Shown in pieces: positions 25,427 through 37,585 of a stretch of 64,000 bases of DNA. This DNA is from Octopus vulgaris (Eukaryota). The DNA lies in assembly GCA_951406725.2 (NCBI GenBank), contig OX597814.1, positions 213,590,001-213,654,000 on the forward strand, written 5' to 3'. The notes under the pieces are model-generated. The model was not told the DNA's origin. It searched no databases and saw only the letters and a list, made by a program, of their open reading frames with translations. A program made the translations under genes and the position numbers. Each line of letters opens with the position of its first letter. The stretch's first letter is position 1.

Positions 25427-26103
25427 TTTATCTTAACAACCGCGCCTAATCGCGTATTATTTATTTTATTCTTTATCTATACTCTTGCCACCCTGGCACC
25501 GGAATTTCAACTTCATTACTTCGTAAGGAAGGCTTTCATTTCATTTGCTACCTCCACTTCTTTCCCCCGTGCCTATTTTCTTTCTTTAAAAAAACATACC
25601 CGCGTTAAAACACACCATTTCCTCTCTAATGAAGCTTGCTGGAAATGAAATTCAATGGTCACTTAACCAAACTTTGCATCCATCCATCATTCTTCCGTGG
25701 CTGGAGTTAATAAATTCTTCATTTTTCTCCTTGCCACAATAATTTGTTTACCACAGATAACGGTACCTGAACGAAACTCAAGCTAAATAAATAGGTTTTG
25801 CCTTTGAGATACGTATCACATGTCAGCTTTTCTAAGAAACATATGTAATACGGGTTTACCTTATCCATTCCCTACACCTGTCAATTTATAATCACATAAT
25901 TAGGAATTTTTGTTGTTAAACCGTGAATTGTATTATTGCAGTCATCTTGAAATCTTCATCCAATTCAATATGGGACGAAGTGTATAACATGGTGATAGAT
26001 AAACATTTTTAACCGAGTATCATTTACTTTATGTCATCTATACTAACATCATATATGCTTGATGTTAACGGCCTCTATACCAAGAAGGTCATTTTGAATC
26101 GCA

Positions 26104-26182
<79 letters not shown>

Positions 26183-26227
26183 TATATGAAAGAATGGAGT
26201 TGAACGACTAGTTAACAAATATCCTTT

Positions 26228-26310
26228 ATTCTCGACATGTTTCGAAGGCTGCATATTCTTAATTCCGAAGGAATAATGAGTACATTATGCAGATTTCTCA
26301 TCAGGAAAAT
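26228..26310 (-). ncRNA. Type I hammerhead ribozyme motif
   Basis: Minus: ATTTTC-CTGATGA-GAA..CTGCATA..TATGCAG..TTC-GAAAC-AT-GTC-GAGAAT; palindromic ACATGT stem III. Confidence 0.78.
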
Positions 26311-26394
26311 CAAGGAACTTATGTCGACATCAAAATGCACAAAAAACTTTTAGCTGACCGCTCTCAAGGAGCCCATGGCGATAATGAGTGTCTC

Positions 26395-26413
26395 TTTATA
26401 AGGAGTGACGTCA
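26395..26413 (-). promoter_or_regulatory. CRE (TGACGTCA) + TATA box upstream of the HHR
   Basis: TGACGTCA at 26406-26413, TATAAA 5 nt downstream on the minus strand. Confidence 0.45.
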
Positions 26414-27067
26414 GAGTGGCTGAATGTAGAAGAATCTAGAAGGTTCTAAAGGTTCAAGGGTTCAAACGAAGTAGGAGGAGGGAGGTATAAGACCAGTAAG
26501 GTGAGAGAGTGCAGGTCAAAAGAATGGTGGATTTAAATGATTTCTTTTATGAATGAGTGCCTGTGTGTGTGACTGTATATAACTGTCTTAATGTGTGTAT
26601 GTGTGTGTCTGAATGCGTGATTGTGTTCGTGGATGGATAGATGTCAGAAAACTGACAGATGTGAGGTGAGAGGTCTGTGTCTGTGTGTTCGATTATGTTT
26701 ACTGTAGAGAAAGGAAAGTAGATAGCGAAAGGGAGAAAGAATCGGGCGAGGTGAGAGGCAACGCAAGAACGGATAGTGGTAATTGGGAATATAAGAAATA
26801 CACATATATGAATGTATATGTATGTATATATACCCTCAATTGTTGATATTATAATTCATTTCTCTCGGTCATACTGCCTCGGTTCTCGCGGTTAAAATAT
26901 AATGTTTGCTAGATAGACCACGTGGGTGGAATGGGGAGTGCAGAATTTTACGCCTGCGCATTTTGAATTTGTTGACACTGTTAGTTGGAGTGGTTCATCT
27001 GAAGCGACAAGTTCGATGATAGGTAAAGTTCCTGCTTTTTAGTGTTTCCAAATCCAAATTAAGAAAT

Positions 27068-27130
27068 TTTGAGCTGACGAAAGAAATGCTGATTTTATTT
27101 GGCTAATCTTGAAACGTTGACGTACTCAAA
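27068..27130 (+). ncRNA. Type I hammerhead ribozyme motif
   Basis: TTTGAG-CTGACGA-AAGA..GCTGA..TTGGC..TCTT-GAAACGT-TG-ACGTA-CTCAAA; perfect 6 bp stem I; predicted cut after 27124. Confidence 0.82.
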
Positions 27131-27311
27131 CGATCTACGTACTTGTGATATTTTTCTGTATTTACCCCCAAACCTTCGTGAGCTGTCTGGAGTAAACATT
27201 ATCTGAGAGAAATTTTCTTTAAGTAGTAGAATGCTAAGAAAAAATTTTTTTGGCTGCTATTTCTACTAAGTTCAGTATGTGGCAAAGTAATTTATTTTAC
27301 TAAGCCCTAAT

Positions 27312-27343
<32 letters not shown>

Positions 27344-27679
27344 GCATTATATGCACGCAAGCATACGTACTTACATATATGTATATACATAGGCATACAC
27401 ATACATATGATAGCCACGTATATATGTGTGATTGTTTGCCAACAGGGGATGGAAAATTTACCGATTGAATGATTAAATGCTGACAACAGTCAAATTTATT
27501 GGAGAATTAGTCTAGTCTGCGTGTACATATTTCATCTTACTTATTATCCAACTAGTCTGATTCTATAAGACATCTGGCGATGCATAAACCGTGAAATCCC
27601 AATTAATATGAAGTTTATCACGTTTGTACATGCACGTGCGTGTGCGCGCGCGCCCGTACATGTTTGCGAGTGTGTGTAC

Positions 27680-27898
<219 letters not shown>

Positions 27899-28527
27899 TT
27901 TATTATAGTGAGGTTTTGAATAAGCAAATGAAGTTCCTGCCGGCCATAGAGTAATGATGCTGTTTAATAAAGCTCCTGTTGGCCTTCTAATGATGCTGAC
28001 TGATGAGCCAGTTGTTTGGGGGTTTCATCGAGTTGTACCGATATAATGTAGGATAAATGTAATAATGATAACAATAATTCTTGGATGGAAATTTATAAAC
28101 ATTTACTGCTTCGCTCCGTGCGTTTCCGAAACTCACGTGTCACTTAAGATGACACGCCGTGTTCCTAGGATGATGATGCGGGGGTACTTGGCTGCTCATC
28201 TTTAAGGGTTCATTTCTTCGGGCTATATAACGTTAATGGATGTACAACAGAGAGATACTTGCCCCTTTTGACCAGTAGGAAGGTTGACTGAATTATATGA
28301 CTCCGTGCAAAAATCCGTGCTGCACGGACTTTGTCAGTGAACAGGTCGCGGATTTTAGCGACGAAAATATTTTGACAGATTAAACTTAAATGTTGAAGTG
28401 AATCTAACGGCTTTTGTGTGTTTCTTAAATGGCTTACAAACACCTTCCACGCTGCAATTGTTTTCGTTCCAGCACACGATCTCAGATCAAATCATTTGCT
28501 ATGCGAGTACATCTCCGTAATATATAT

Positions 28528-28557
<30 letters not shown>

Positions 28558-28563
<6 letters not shown>

Positions 28564-28700
28564 GACAGAAGTAAATAGACACGCTTGTAATCATTAAAAT
28601 TTATTTAAACCTTAAATTATGCATTCAAATTATTTATTTATTTATTGTTATAATGTGAATATTTAATATATAGTAGGTCTGCCCTTTGCATATTACTGTG
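28558..28700 (+). mobile_element. Possible Tc1/mariner terminal fragment
   Basis: TACATGACAGAAGTAAATAGACAC and TTAATAT..AGTAGG..CCCTTTGC resemble Tc1-type TIR blocks. Confidence 0.35.
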
Positions 28701-29494
28701 TTACTGATCACGGAGTAAGAGCGGAGTAAGAGCAAAACAAACAGACACTATTCTCCAAATCCAACTTAATAGTGGCACGATAAAGATTCGTAAGACATTC
28801 AAAAAATTCTCCATCAGAAATTCTTATGTGAACAGATACACACACTTGGGTGTATGCGTCGACAGTTCACCCAACATACCAACCCAACCACATATTTACA
28901 AACTCCAGGAACTCTCTTAACTTAAAATGTTTTGTCGCATTGTGAGCGACCGGCTTGAAAAATTCTCAAGAACTTAAATAAACCATATGAGATGCATGTA
29001 CGTGTAAGGCATAAAATAAGAATTATAAATTTCACGGCGTTATTTTATATAAAGTGCATATATTATCTGATATAGAACGCAATAGGCTCGATACAGTTGG
29101 ATGGCTGTTGATATCACATTAAATATTGAGAGTTTGGTCTTTGGTTGTTCACGACGGTAATAAACAGCCAAAAATAGACTGTTTACTATTGTCATAGTAA
29201 ATATATAATCTAAGTTTAGAAATAGAATTTAAAATATCGTGGTACATGGAGCGACACTGAAAATAGAATGTTTAAGATTAACTTTTACTTTGTTTGATAG
29301 ACATCTTTAAAAAGGAAATTTCGGTCATTTTTAAATTTTATGACTTCATGCTTCATGAAACAAACACACTGAAGCAGAGACACATCGGTCAGACGCGGCA
29401 TGTCCACACACCGTACACCTACATGCATTCATGCACACACACACACACGCACGCACAAACACACACACAAAACAACGCACACACACACACACGT

Positions 29495-29556
<62 letters not shown>

Positions 29557-29699
29557 GAGTGTGTGTGTGTGTCTGTGTGTGCTTTATTTTTCATTCCCTT
29601 CGAAATTTTATCCCTAATAGTGGTTTGGAATTTAACTGTCCTCTCTAGCGTACAGGTAGTCCTATTATGGATACCTCTTATGTGTTTAAATGTACACTG

Positions 29700-29735
<36 letters not shown>

Positions 29736-29757
29736 CATATATACATACATATATACA

Positions 29758-30077
29758 CCCAATGTATCCAGTGTAGCATATAGAATTGTTCGCTCTTCAT
29801 ACATCTATGTAAAAGGCGGGCTTTTTCGAATTGCATCTCGGTACAACGTGTTTATTCGGAATAAAAATTCAGTACTGGATATACTCCAGTTAAATTTACA
29901 TTTTTAAAAATAGGATAAAATCTTTATAAGATTTGTAAATTTAACCGAAGTATATTCAGTACTGAATTTTTATTCCGAATAAACACGTTGTGCCGAGATG
30001 CAATTCGAAAAAAGCCCGCCTTTGACATAGATGTATAAAGGGTGAAGAATTCTATATGCTACGCTGGGTACATTGGG
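29758..30077. repeat. Long diverged inverted repeat (about 150 bp arms)
   Basis: CCCAATGTATCCAGTGTAGCATATAGAATT... is the reverse complement of ...AATTCTATATGCTACGCTGGGTACATTGGG. Confidence 0.9.
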
Positions 30078-30130
30078 AGTTCATCTGGTATCTTGATTTT
30101 TGTTCATTCGTTGTGAATCTTGGATTATGC

Positions 30131-30189
30131 TTGCACTGAAGATTAAGAAGTGCATTTCTGCACGAATTATGAAATAATCTGGTTTGCGG
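30131..30189 (+). ncRNA. Decayed type I hammerhead-like motif
   Basis: TTGCA-CTGAAGA-TTAA..GTGCA-TTTC-TGCAC..TTAT-GAAAT..GGTT-TGCGG; stem III poor. Confidence 0.45.
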
Positions 30190-30425
30190 CTAAATTCTGT
30201 TTTTAAAGGGCTCGCTTCGAGAGTTGCATTCCCTCACATTCGATACTACGTGTTTATTTATTTTGGTAGTTTTGACTTTAAGAGTCCCTCCTAGCGTGTG
30301 GCATTTATGAATAGTAATGCCCTCAATATAATACAAATAAATATATTTAAGAGAAAAATTTATGGATTTTTCTCTTCTGAGGTTTTTCACGCTAACTACT
30401 TGATAAATTCTTATAAAGATTTCAT

Positions 30426-30517
<92 letters not shown>

Positions 30518-31305
30518 TGGATGTATTGGTGTATATATATATATGTGTGTATTGGTGTATTTATGTATAAGCGTGTCTATTTGTGTATGTATGTATGTAT
30601 GTGTGTGTATACATGTATATGTGTGTGTATATATGTATATATGTAAGCGAGAGGGCCGGATCGAAACAAAAACAATAAATATATTGATATCTTAGTTTTG
30701 ATGCATAGTTTATTTTTCTATGCCTGTATAGAGTTGCTTTCGTTTTTCGTGTTGTTTCATAAATATCGATAAATAAAAGTATGTATAAGTGTATATATAT
30801 GTGTGTGTGAGAGAGACAGAGAGAGAGTATAGAAATAATGGAGTATATACGTAGATATAGCCTATATATCTTATTTAATTTGCTGTTGCTTAATTTGTTG
30901 TTGTTGTTCGTTGTTAGGATGTAGGATATTTTATTTGTATTGCATCACGTTGTTTTTGCACGTATATATAAACGGTATTTCGTTGACCATATCGAATTGA
31001 TTTTCTTTTCCGTTTTGTCTATATAAACGTCAAAATAGCTACTCCCCTCCATTCTAATAGTCAAATTTAAAATATTTAGTTTTGAATGAATATATATAAA
31101 ATAATGTTCTAAAGTAAATAGATAGATGTATTTATGAATTGTATATGTATGTGAATTGTAAAAAAATAGATATATGTATATATTTATTTATATATATATG
31201 ATGTCCTGTACTCACGTATAATTACTTATATATGCATGTATATATACATGTAGATGTAGGTACGTACATATATGTTTGTATGTATGCATATATTTTTATT
31301 TATCA

Positions 31306-31379
<74 letters not shown>

Positions 31380-31728
31380 TAGTTATAGGTAGATAGATAG
31401 ATAGATAGATAGATGATTAACTAAACTTGTGTATGTGTATATGCATCTATGTATATGTACGGGTGTGTTTGTGTGTATGCATACATAAATGATAGGTGTG
31501 TAAGTGTGTATATATAAGTATATATAAATATGTGTATAAATAAACGTCTGTATTGTGCCAATAAACCAATTATAGAACGGAATAGTTATAGATTTAAAGT
31601 TATGAATTTCAGTCAGATTATTTACTTATCTATGATTTAAGCACGTTCATATAGCATTTTTGTAAAGATTTAGAAATTATTAATATTTTCATTTGATATT
31701 TTTCGTCAAATAGTTTAGAAGGTATGTT

Positions 31729-31818
31729 AATCTGATGAAGCATCATAACATATTTAAACGGATTCGATTATTCTTTTAGAAAAACTCGTTTATGAATGAG
31801 TCGGAGACAGCTGTAATT
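31729..31818 (+). ncRNA. Decayed type I hammerhead-like motif with long stem II
   Basis: AAT-CTGATGA..CATCATAA..TTATGAATG..GAGAC-AGCT-GTA-ATT; palindromic ACAGCTGT; GAAA changed to GAGA. Confidence 0.5.
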
Positions 31819-32157
31819 TATGAGAAGTGTCATTTGTTTGTATGAAATATTTAAATTGAATTAAATTCATGATTGCTCAATTTATTTGATGGAGGGAAAT
31901 ATTCTTTATGTTGTATGTCTCGTTTCTATATTTTTTTCGTTGTTTGAAAAAAACCTTCGTTTCTATGTTTTTAGTTTTGTTTTCGTTTCCCATTGTTTTC
32001 GACATTTTTTCATGTGTTGTACCGATATATGCATATGTATATATACATATATATGTAGGTATGTACATATATGTATGTATATATGCATATATTTATATAT
32101 TATTTATATTATTATATGATCTAACGCCACCCAGCGTTTTCCAAGTAGGTTTTGTCT

Positions 32158-32202
<45 letters not shown>

Positions 32203-32287
32203 GTTTAAATATTTGTTGTGCAAGATTTTTTATGTGAAGTCGTGTGTTTTTATTGGCTAAACTGGCAATATGACCATTCCGAAATAT

Positions 32288-32318
<31 letters not shown>

Positions 32319-32319
32319 C

Positions 32320-32501
32320 GGCAATGTAACTACACACATGCTCTTGGCGATTTTGTTCTTTTCCCTTTCTCCCTTCTGACGTAGAGCTATGCTCGAAAGG
32401 TCAAATCTCTCTCCTTTTACTGAGCGCCAAATTAATACATTCTTTGTGCACGTCCTCTTGTTGGCTATTATTGTTAATTTTATTATTCGTTTATTCGAAT
32501 T

Positions 32502-32505
<4 letters not shown>
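32320..32505 (+). mobile_element. Minimal-HHR family relative
   Basis: CTGACGT-A-GAGC-TAT-GCTC-GAAAG-GTC, then CTGAGCGCC..TAATAC, ending at (TA)n. Confidence 0.6.
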
Positions 32506-32553
<48 letters not shown>

Positions 32554-32618
32554 CAACTTCAATTGAAAGTCGACAAAGTTTGCTTTAGAAGCGTTGAGAT
32601 TTATTGAAAGAGATAAGG

Positions 32619-32896
32619 AAATAATTTTATTCTCAAACGCAGGATAATGCTAATAATATAGCACGAAAAGGATAAACTATCGTTATTTTGCAGAAAAAAA
32701 CCTGTTGATGGCTAGCCATGGGACTCGAACCCACATCTCCGTGATTACGCGTCAGGTGCTTTACCATTAAGGTAACCTGCCCATCGACAAATTCTTCTGC
32801 AATTCTGGCCGTCGACAGAGTTTTCTGCAAAATATGGAGAGTTTATCCTGTTCGTAATATATTAGCATTATCCTGCGTTTGAGAATAAAATTATTT
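32619..32896. mobile_element. Inverted-repeat element enclosing a tRNA-like sequence
   Basis: Arms 32619-32697 / 32821-32896; tRNA-like sequence at 32709-32782. Confidence 0.7.
32709..32782 (-). pseudogene. tRNA-like sequence (possible CGT/Thr anticodon), degenerate
   Basis: Minus: TAATGGTAAAGCA (D arm), CCTGA-CGCGTAA-TCACGG, GTGGG-TTCGAGT-CCCAT (T arm); acceptor stem imperfect. Confidence 0.55.
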
Positions 32897-32907
32897 GCTC
32901 ACACACA

Positions 32908-33005
<98 letters not shown>

Positions 33006-33171
33006 CATATGTATATATATATACAAAATAAGCAACAAGTATATCTTAGACGTAAACAAGCCAAGACCGGTTTTCAAGCGGTGAAGCAGAAAAACACACA
33101 CAAAGACATGCGCACATATACATACATGCATACATACATACATACATGCATACATACATACATACAACAGG

Positions 33172-33292
33172 CTTCTTTTAGTTTCCGTCTACCAAACCCA
33201 CACACAAGGATTTGGTTGGCCCGTGGTTACAGTAGGAGAAACTTGACCCGGAACCACGTGACTGGGGATCAAACAACTCACCACACAGCCAC
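33172..33292 (-). mobile_element. SINE family A 5' fragment
   Basis: GTTTCCGTCTACCAAA..ACCCGGAACCAC..CCACACAGCCAC. Confidence 0.7.
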
Positions 33293-33409
33293 CCTGTGAA
33301 TGACGTCTGGAAATCTTTCAGAAGAGACGCGAGACTCTCGCCACATCTCAGACATAGGAAAGAGATTGCGAGGCGGAAGATGATTAAAAGTATCTTTTTG
33401 CTATCTCTC

Positions 33410-33632
33410 TCTTTTACTCTTTTACTTGTTTCAGTCATTTGGCTGCGGCCATGCTGGAGCACCGCCTTTAATCGAGCAACTCGATCCCGGAACTTATTCT
33501 TTTTGTAAGCCCAGTACTTATTCTATCGGTCTCTTTTTTTGCCGAACCGCTAAGTAACGGGAACATAAACACACCAGCATCGGTTGTCAAGCAATGCTAG
33601 GGGGACAAGCACAGACACACAAACACACACAG

Positions 33633-33667
<35 letters not shown>

Positions 33668-33845
33668 CACACACATATATACGACAGGCTTCTTCCAGTT
33701 TCCGTCTACCAAATCCACTCACAATGCTTTGGTCGGCCCGGGGCTACAGTAGAAGACACTTGCCCAAGGTGCCACGCAGTGGGACTGAACCCGGAACCAT
33801 GTGGTTGGTAAACATGCTACTTACCACACAGCCACTCCTACGCCT
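33410..33845 (-). mobile_element. tRNA-derived SINE, family A (full length)
   Basis: Complete copy. Confidence 0.92.
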
Positions 33846-34640
33846 CTACCTCCTACCCCTGCTTGCTTGTCTTCTTGTACGAAGTACTAAATACTTTGGA
33901 AGTCTTTAAAAACATCTTTCGTTGATGCATAGAGTTCTAAGCAATAATATGTACTCACACTTTAGCTTTCCTTTGGGTTTTCAACATTATCGTTTTAAAT
34001 TTTAAATTTTCTCTCTTTCTGCATATAAATTCGTGTAATTACCGGCTTTCGCCAATACTGACATTGAGTGTTTACGTGATTTATGTGGAATTTGTCTGCT
34101 ACTTCTTTTTCTATATGATTTGAAAATATATTAGATAGGATGGAAAGTTTGTCGTTCTTGAGTAGTCTCATGAGGAAACAATTGTTGCAACGATTAAGTG
34201 ATATGGTACTGAGAAAATGTGTGATGGAAAAGCTGATTTATCAAATTACATATATCAGAAAGAAATCTTATCAGCCTGAAATCTGAGTCTCTTCGTGTTG
34301 CAAATGTAGATTGGACAGTATACAACCAAGGAGTAAGATGCAATAATAAGCAGTAAGGAAATTACCCAGAGGAGCATGGATTGAAATTTCTTAATAAATG
34401 TTGGCTCTTAATTTGAGAAACTTGCTTCTTAATCACATGGTTCCGGGCTCAGTCCCACTGCGTGGTACCTTGGTCAAATGTCTTCTACTATAGCCTCCAG
34501 CCGACCAAAGTCTTGTGAGTAGATTTGGTAGAAGGAAACTGAAAGAAGCCCGTGTATATATATATTTATGCGGGTCTTTGTGCCTGTGTTTGTCCCACCC
34601 CCACCCATCATCGCTTGACAACTGATGTTGATGTGTTTAT

Positions 34641-34810
34641 TGCCATCTACTCGCAATACCAGAGGGCGCACACTCTCCTACCCTGATGTAATTTCCAGGG
34701 ATACAGGCATCCAGCAACAGGACCTCCGTAATGCCATGATGGACCGTGAAGTCTGGCGTAGCATGGTAAATTCCATTGTCTCAACCACGGTCGAACAATG
34801 ATGATGATGA
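34641..34810 (+). mobile_element. RTE-type LINE 3' end with (TGA)n tail
   Basis: Translates RGRTLSYPDVISRDTG..DLRNAMMDREVWRSMV; duplicated TGATGTGTTTAT flanks. Confidence 0.75.
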
Positions 34811-34900
34811 TGTGTTTATGTCCCCGACACCTAGCGTTTCGACAAAAGAGAGCGATAGAATAAGTACTAGGTTTACAAGGAATAAGTCCAAGAGTCGTTT

Positions 34901-34901
<1 letters not shown>

Positions 34902-34931
<30 letters not shown>

Positions 34932-35299
34932 ATTTGGCTCAAAAGCAAATAGCAAGGCCATGTAGGGGGACATGGAGTTAAGTACAGGGTGGTGTTCATG
35001 TAAAGAGTTCAGGCCACTTGAGGTCAAGGGAGGCTTTGAACAAAGCGGTCGTCGGCATCTTCACCATCTCGTCAGGCAGCTTGTTCCACGGATCCGCAAC
35101 CCGGACGGAGAAAGCTCCTCTCCTTCGATTGAGATGAAATCGTCGCAGGTAGAGCTTTTCGGAATGACCCCGCAGCCGACGCTCTGGAGCAGGAGTGAAG
35201 AACAGCTCTTTCGAGAGGTTACACTTTCCGCTTATGATGTTGTGGGCGAGAATGAGATCACCACGGCGGCGGCGTTTTTCAAGAGAATAAAGGTTTTCT
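34902..35299 (-). mobile_element. CR1-type LINE 3' end with (TAAC)n tail
   Basis: LYSLEKRRRRGDLI..LRGHSEKL..FSVRVADPWNKLP..FKASLD. Confidence 0.85.
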
Positions 35300-36774
35300 T
35301 CGACTAAAGGCGGTGCTCCAGCATGGGAGCACTCAAAATGACTGAAACATGTAATAGAGTAAATAAGTAAAAGAGTAAAAGAGTGTTCTAAACGATAGTT
35401 GGCGAGAAGTAACATTCCATAATTACTGGACATCTGTAATAAACATTTCGCCCGACAAAAGATTACGGATTCTACTCCAGTTGTGTTGAGAAGTGTCTGG
35501 ATGGGGTTAGCAGGTATGCGTGTGTCCCGGAGAAAAGCATTTCTTAAGATTGGGTCGTTAAGATGGATATCCTCAAGCAAAAAATATAAAATTACAGAAC
35601 ATGATTACAGATAGCTTGTTGCTTTAGGTAGCAATAAAGGCAGAAAATTAAGAACTGAATGGCTGTAAATGCTCGTTCACTTAGAATAGATAGAAATACT
35701 TTGCTGACGTTTACGTAAGAGATAAAAGTAAGGAGAATGGGTTATCTTTACTAATAATCTATGTAAATTTTCGACGTAATGTTAACCAGCGGAGATACAT
35801 TAAAGATTTATTATAAGAATTAGGGTAGGATATATAGCTTGCATGTTAATTGAAGTTGTTTAGCTCCGGGTCAGCCTTAAACAAGCAAACATACGATTAA
35901 AATTCTTCCGTCTCGACCTTGCCGCCTTTTGTCATATATCTAAGACTATATCATCTGTCTTCTTATTTATAAGTTAGTGGTTGTGATTAAGGTAGATTTG
36001 GGCAGCATTTCTAGCAGGTTAAACTAGCACGTAAATATTCCTTTGTTGGCTTTGTTCTGAGTACGAATGGTGGGTGAAATTTTGATTATTCGCAATGGAT
36101 ATATAAGAAAATTATATAATATAAATATAAATATAAATATTTATAAATATAATATATATTTAATATAAATATAAAACAAAAGCCAAATGAACTAAACAAA
36201 ATATAATATTCAATTTAAATAAGACTCAATTTGCTTTACACGTAACAGTTTTCAATCTTTAATACATTTTAGCCGGATACTTATTGATAGGGCAAAAAGT
36301 GTTGATCAGAACCTCATTCATGAACGTGTATATACAACAATATATCAAATTATATTACTATCGGAATTTATACTCCTAGACAATGTACTGTATATATTGT
36401 ATTGCATTATCTTTTGTAACATAACAAGAGAAGATATTATGATGGCATGATGTCTCACAAATCAAATCCGGTTGGTCAGAAATTGTTTTCTAATAGCGTA
36501 CTTATAATAAATTTCGCAAGGGTACTATTGTTGGTCTCTAACGCAGTTAACTCCCAGATTTGATCACTCCATCTTAATTTCAAATCCATAATATCTATGG
36601 CTATATAATCAAGTGTATCCTTTTGCATTATATATATATATAAATACATACCTATGAGGAATCTAGGTGAACCTCCCTCTTATAGCCACTCAAGCCACTC
36701 TTTACTCCGCGGACGTGGTCCGTGAAAAAGATGTTAAAGTGTAATTTCAAATCATTTGATCACTGTTGACTATA

Positions 36775-36781
36775 TATATGT

Positions 36782-36830
<49 letters not shown>

Positions 36831-36864
36831 TTTGTGTGTGTGTGTGTGTTTGTGTGTGTGTGTA

Positions 36865-36898
<34 letters not shown>
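36775..36898. repeat. (TG)n microsatellite
   Basis: Tandem repeat. Confidence 0.95.
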
Positions 36899-36899
<1 letters not shown>

Positions 36900-37060
36900 A
36901 AAATTTATAATTAACACGAAGACGAAGTAAAGAAACAAACAGAGTGTATAACGTCTATGTTCAGGAAAAATAGACGGAAAAGTCTTTTATGTTTCGAGCA
37001 TGAGCTCATCTACACAAAGAATAACTGAAGAGAGAAAAAAATGGAGAGAGAAAAGAACAA
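36900..37060 (-). mobile_element. Diverged minimal-HHR family element anchored at (CA)n
   Basis: Minus: TCTTT-GTGTAGA-T-GAGC-TCAT-GCTC-GAAAC-ATA-AAAGA. Confidence 0.6.
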
Positions 37061-37126
37061 ATGTTTCTCAATTTTATATATAGTGTTTACTAAAATATAT
37101 ATAGCTTATTAAAAATATCTATATAG

Positions 37127-37305
37127 GTAGGCGTAGGAGAGGATGTGTGGTAAGTAGATTGCTACGAACCGCATAGTTCCGGGTTCAGTCCCACTGCGTG
37201 GCACTTTGGGCAAGTGTCTTCTACTAAAGCCTCGGGCCGACCAAAGCCTTGTGAGTGGATTTGGTAGATGGAAACTGAAAGAAGCCCGTCGTATATATAT
37301 ATATG

Positions 37306-37358
<53 letters not shown>

Positions 37359-37585
37359 ATGTGTGTGTATGTGTGTGTGTGTGTGTGTGTGTCTGTGTTT
37401 GTCCCCCCACCAACATCACTTGACAACCGATGCTGGTTTGTATACGTCCCCGTAACTTAGCGGCTCGGCAAAAGTGACCGATAGAATAATCTCTGGGGTG
37501 ATTTGCTCCACTAAAGGCGGTGCTCCAGCATGGCCACAGTCACATGACTGAAACAAGTAAAAGAGTAAAAGAGTAAAAGAGTAAG
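37127..37585 (+). mobile_element. tRNA-derived SINE, family A
   Basis: Near-complete copy with internal (TA)(TG)n. Confidence 0.9.

Larger units (their letters stand above)
26181..26800 (-). mobile_element. Penelope-like pLTR remnant (promoter motifs + HHR + polyA signal) ending at (TA)n
   Basis: Minus-strand order: TGACGTCA, TATAAA, AAGTTCCT, HHR, AATAAA, (TA)n. Confidence 0.65.
34431..35383 (+). mobile_element. SINE family A interrupted by two LINE 3' ends
   Basis: SINE segments 34431-34640, 34811-34900 and 35300-35383 are collinear with intact copies. Confidence 0.85.

Noticed and set aside
28000-28030. CTGATGAGCC hammerhead 5' half
   Set aside because: No GAAA or stem III downstream; at most a truncated remnant
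34996-35580. 194 aa ORF as a single gene
   Set aside because: Chimera of unique DNA, an antisense SINE tail and a CR1 C-terminus
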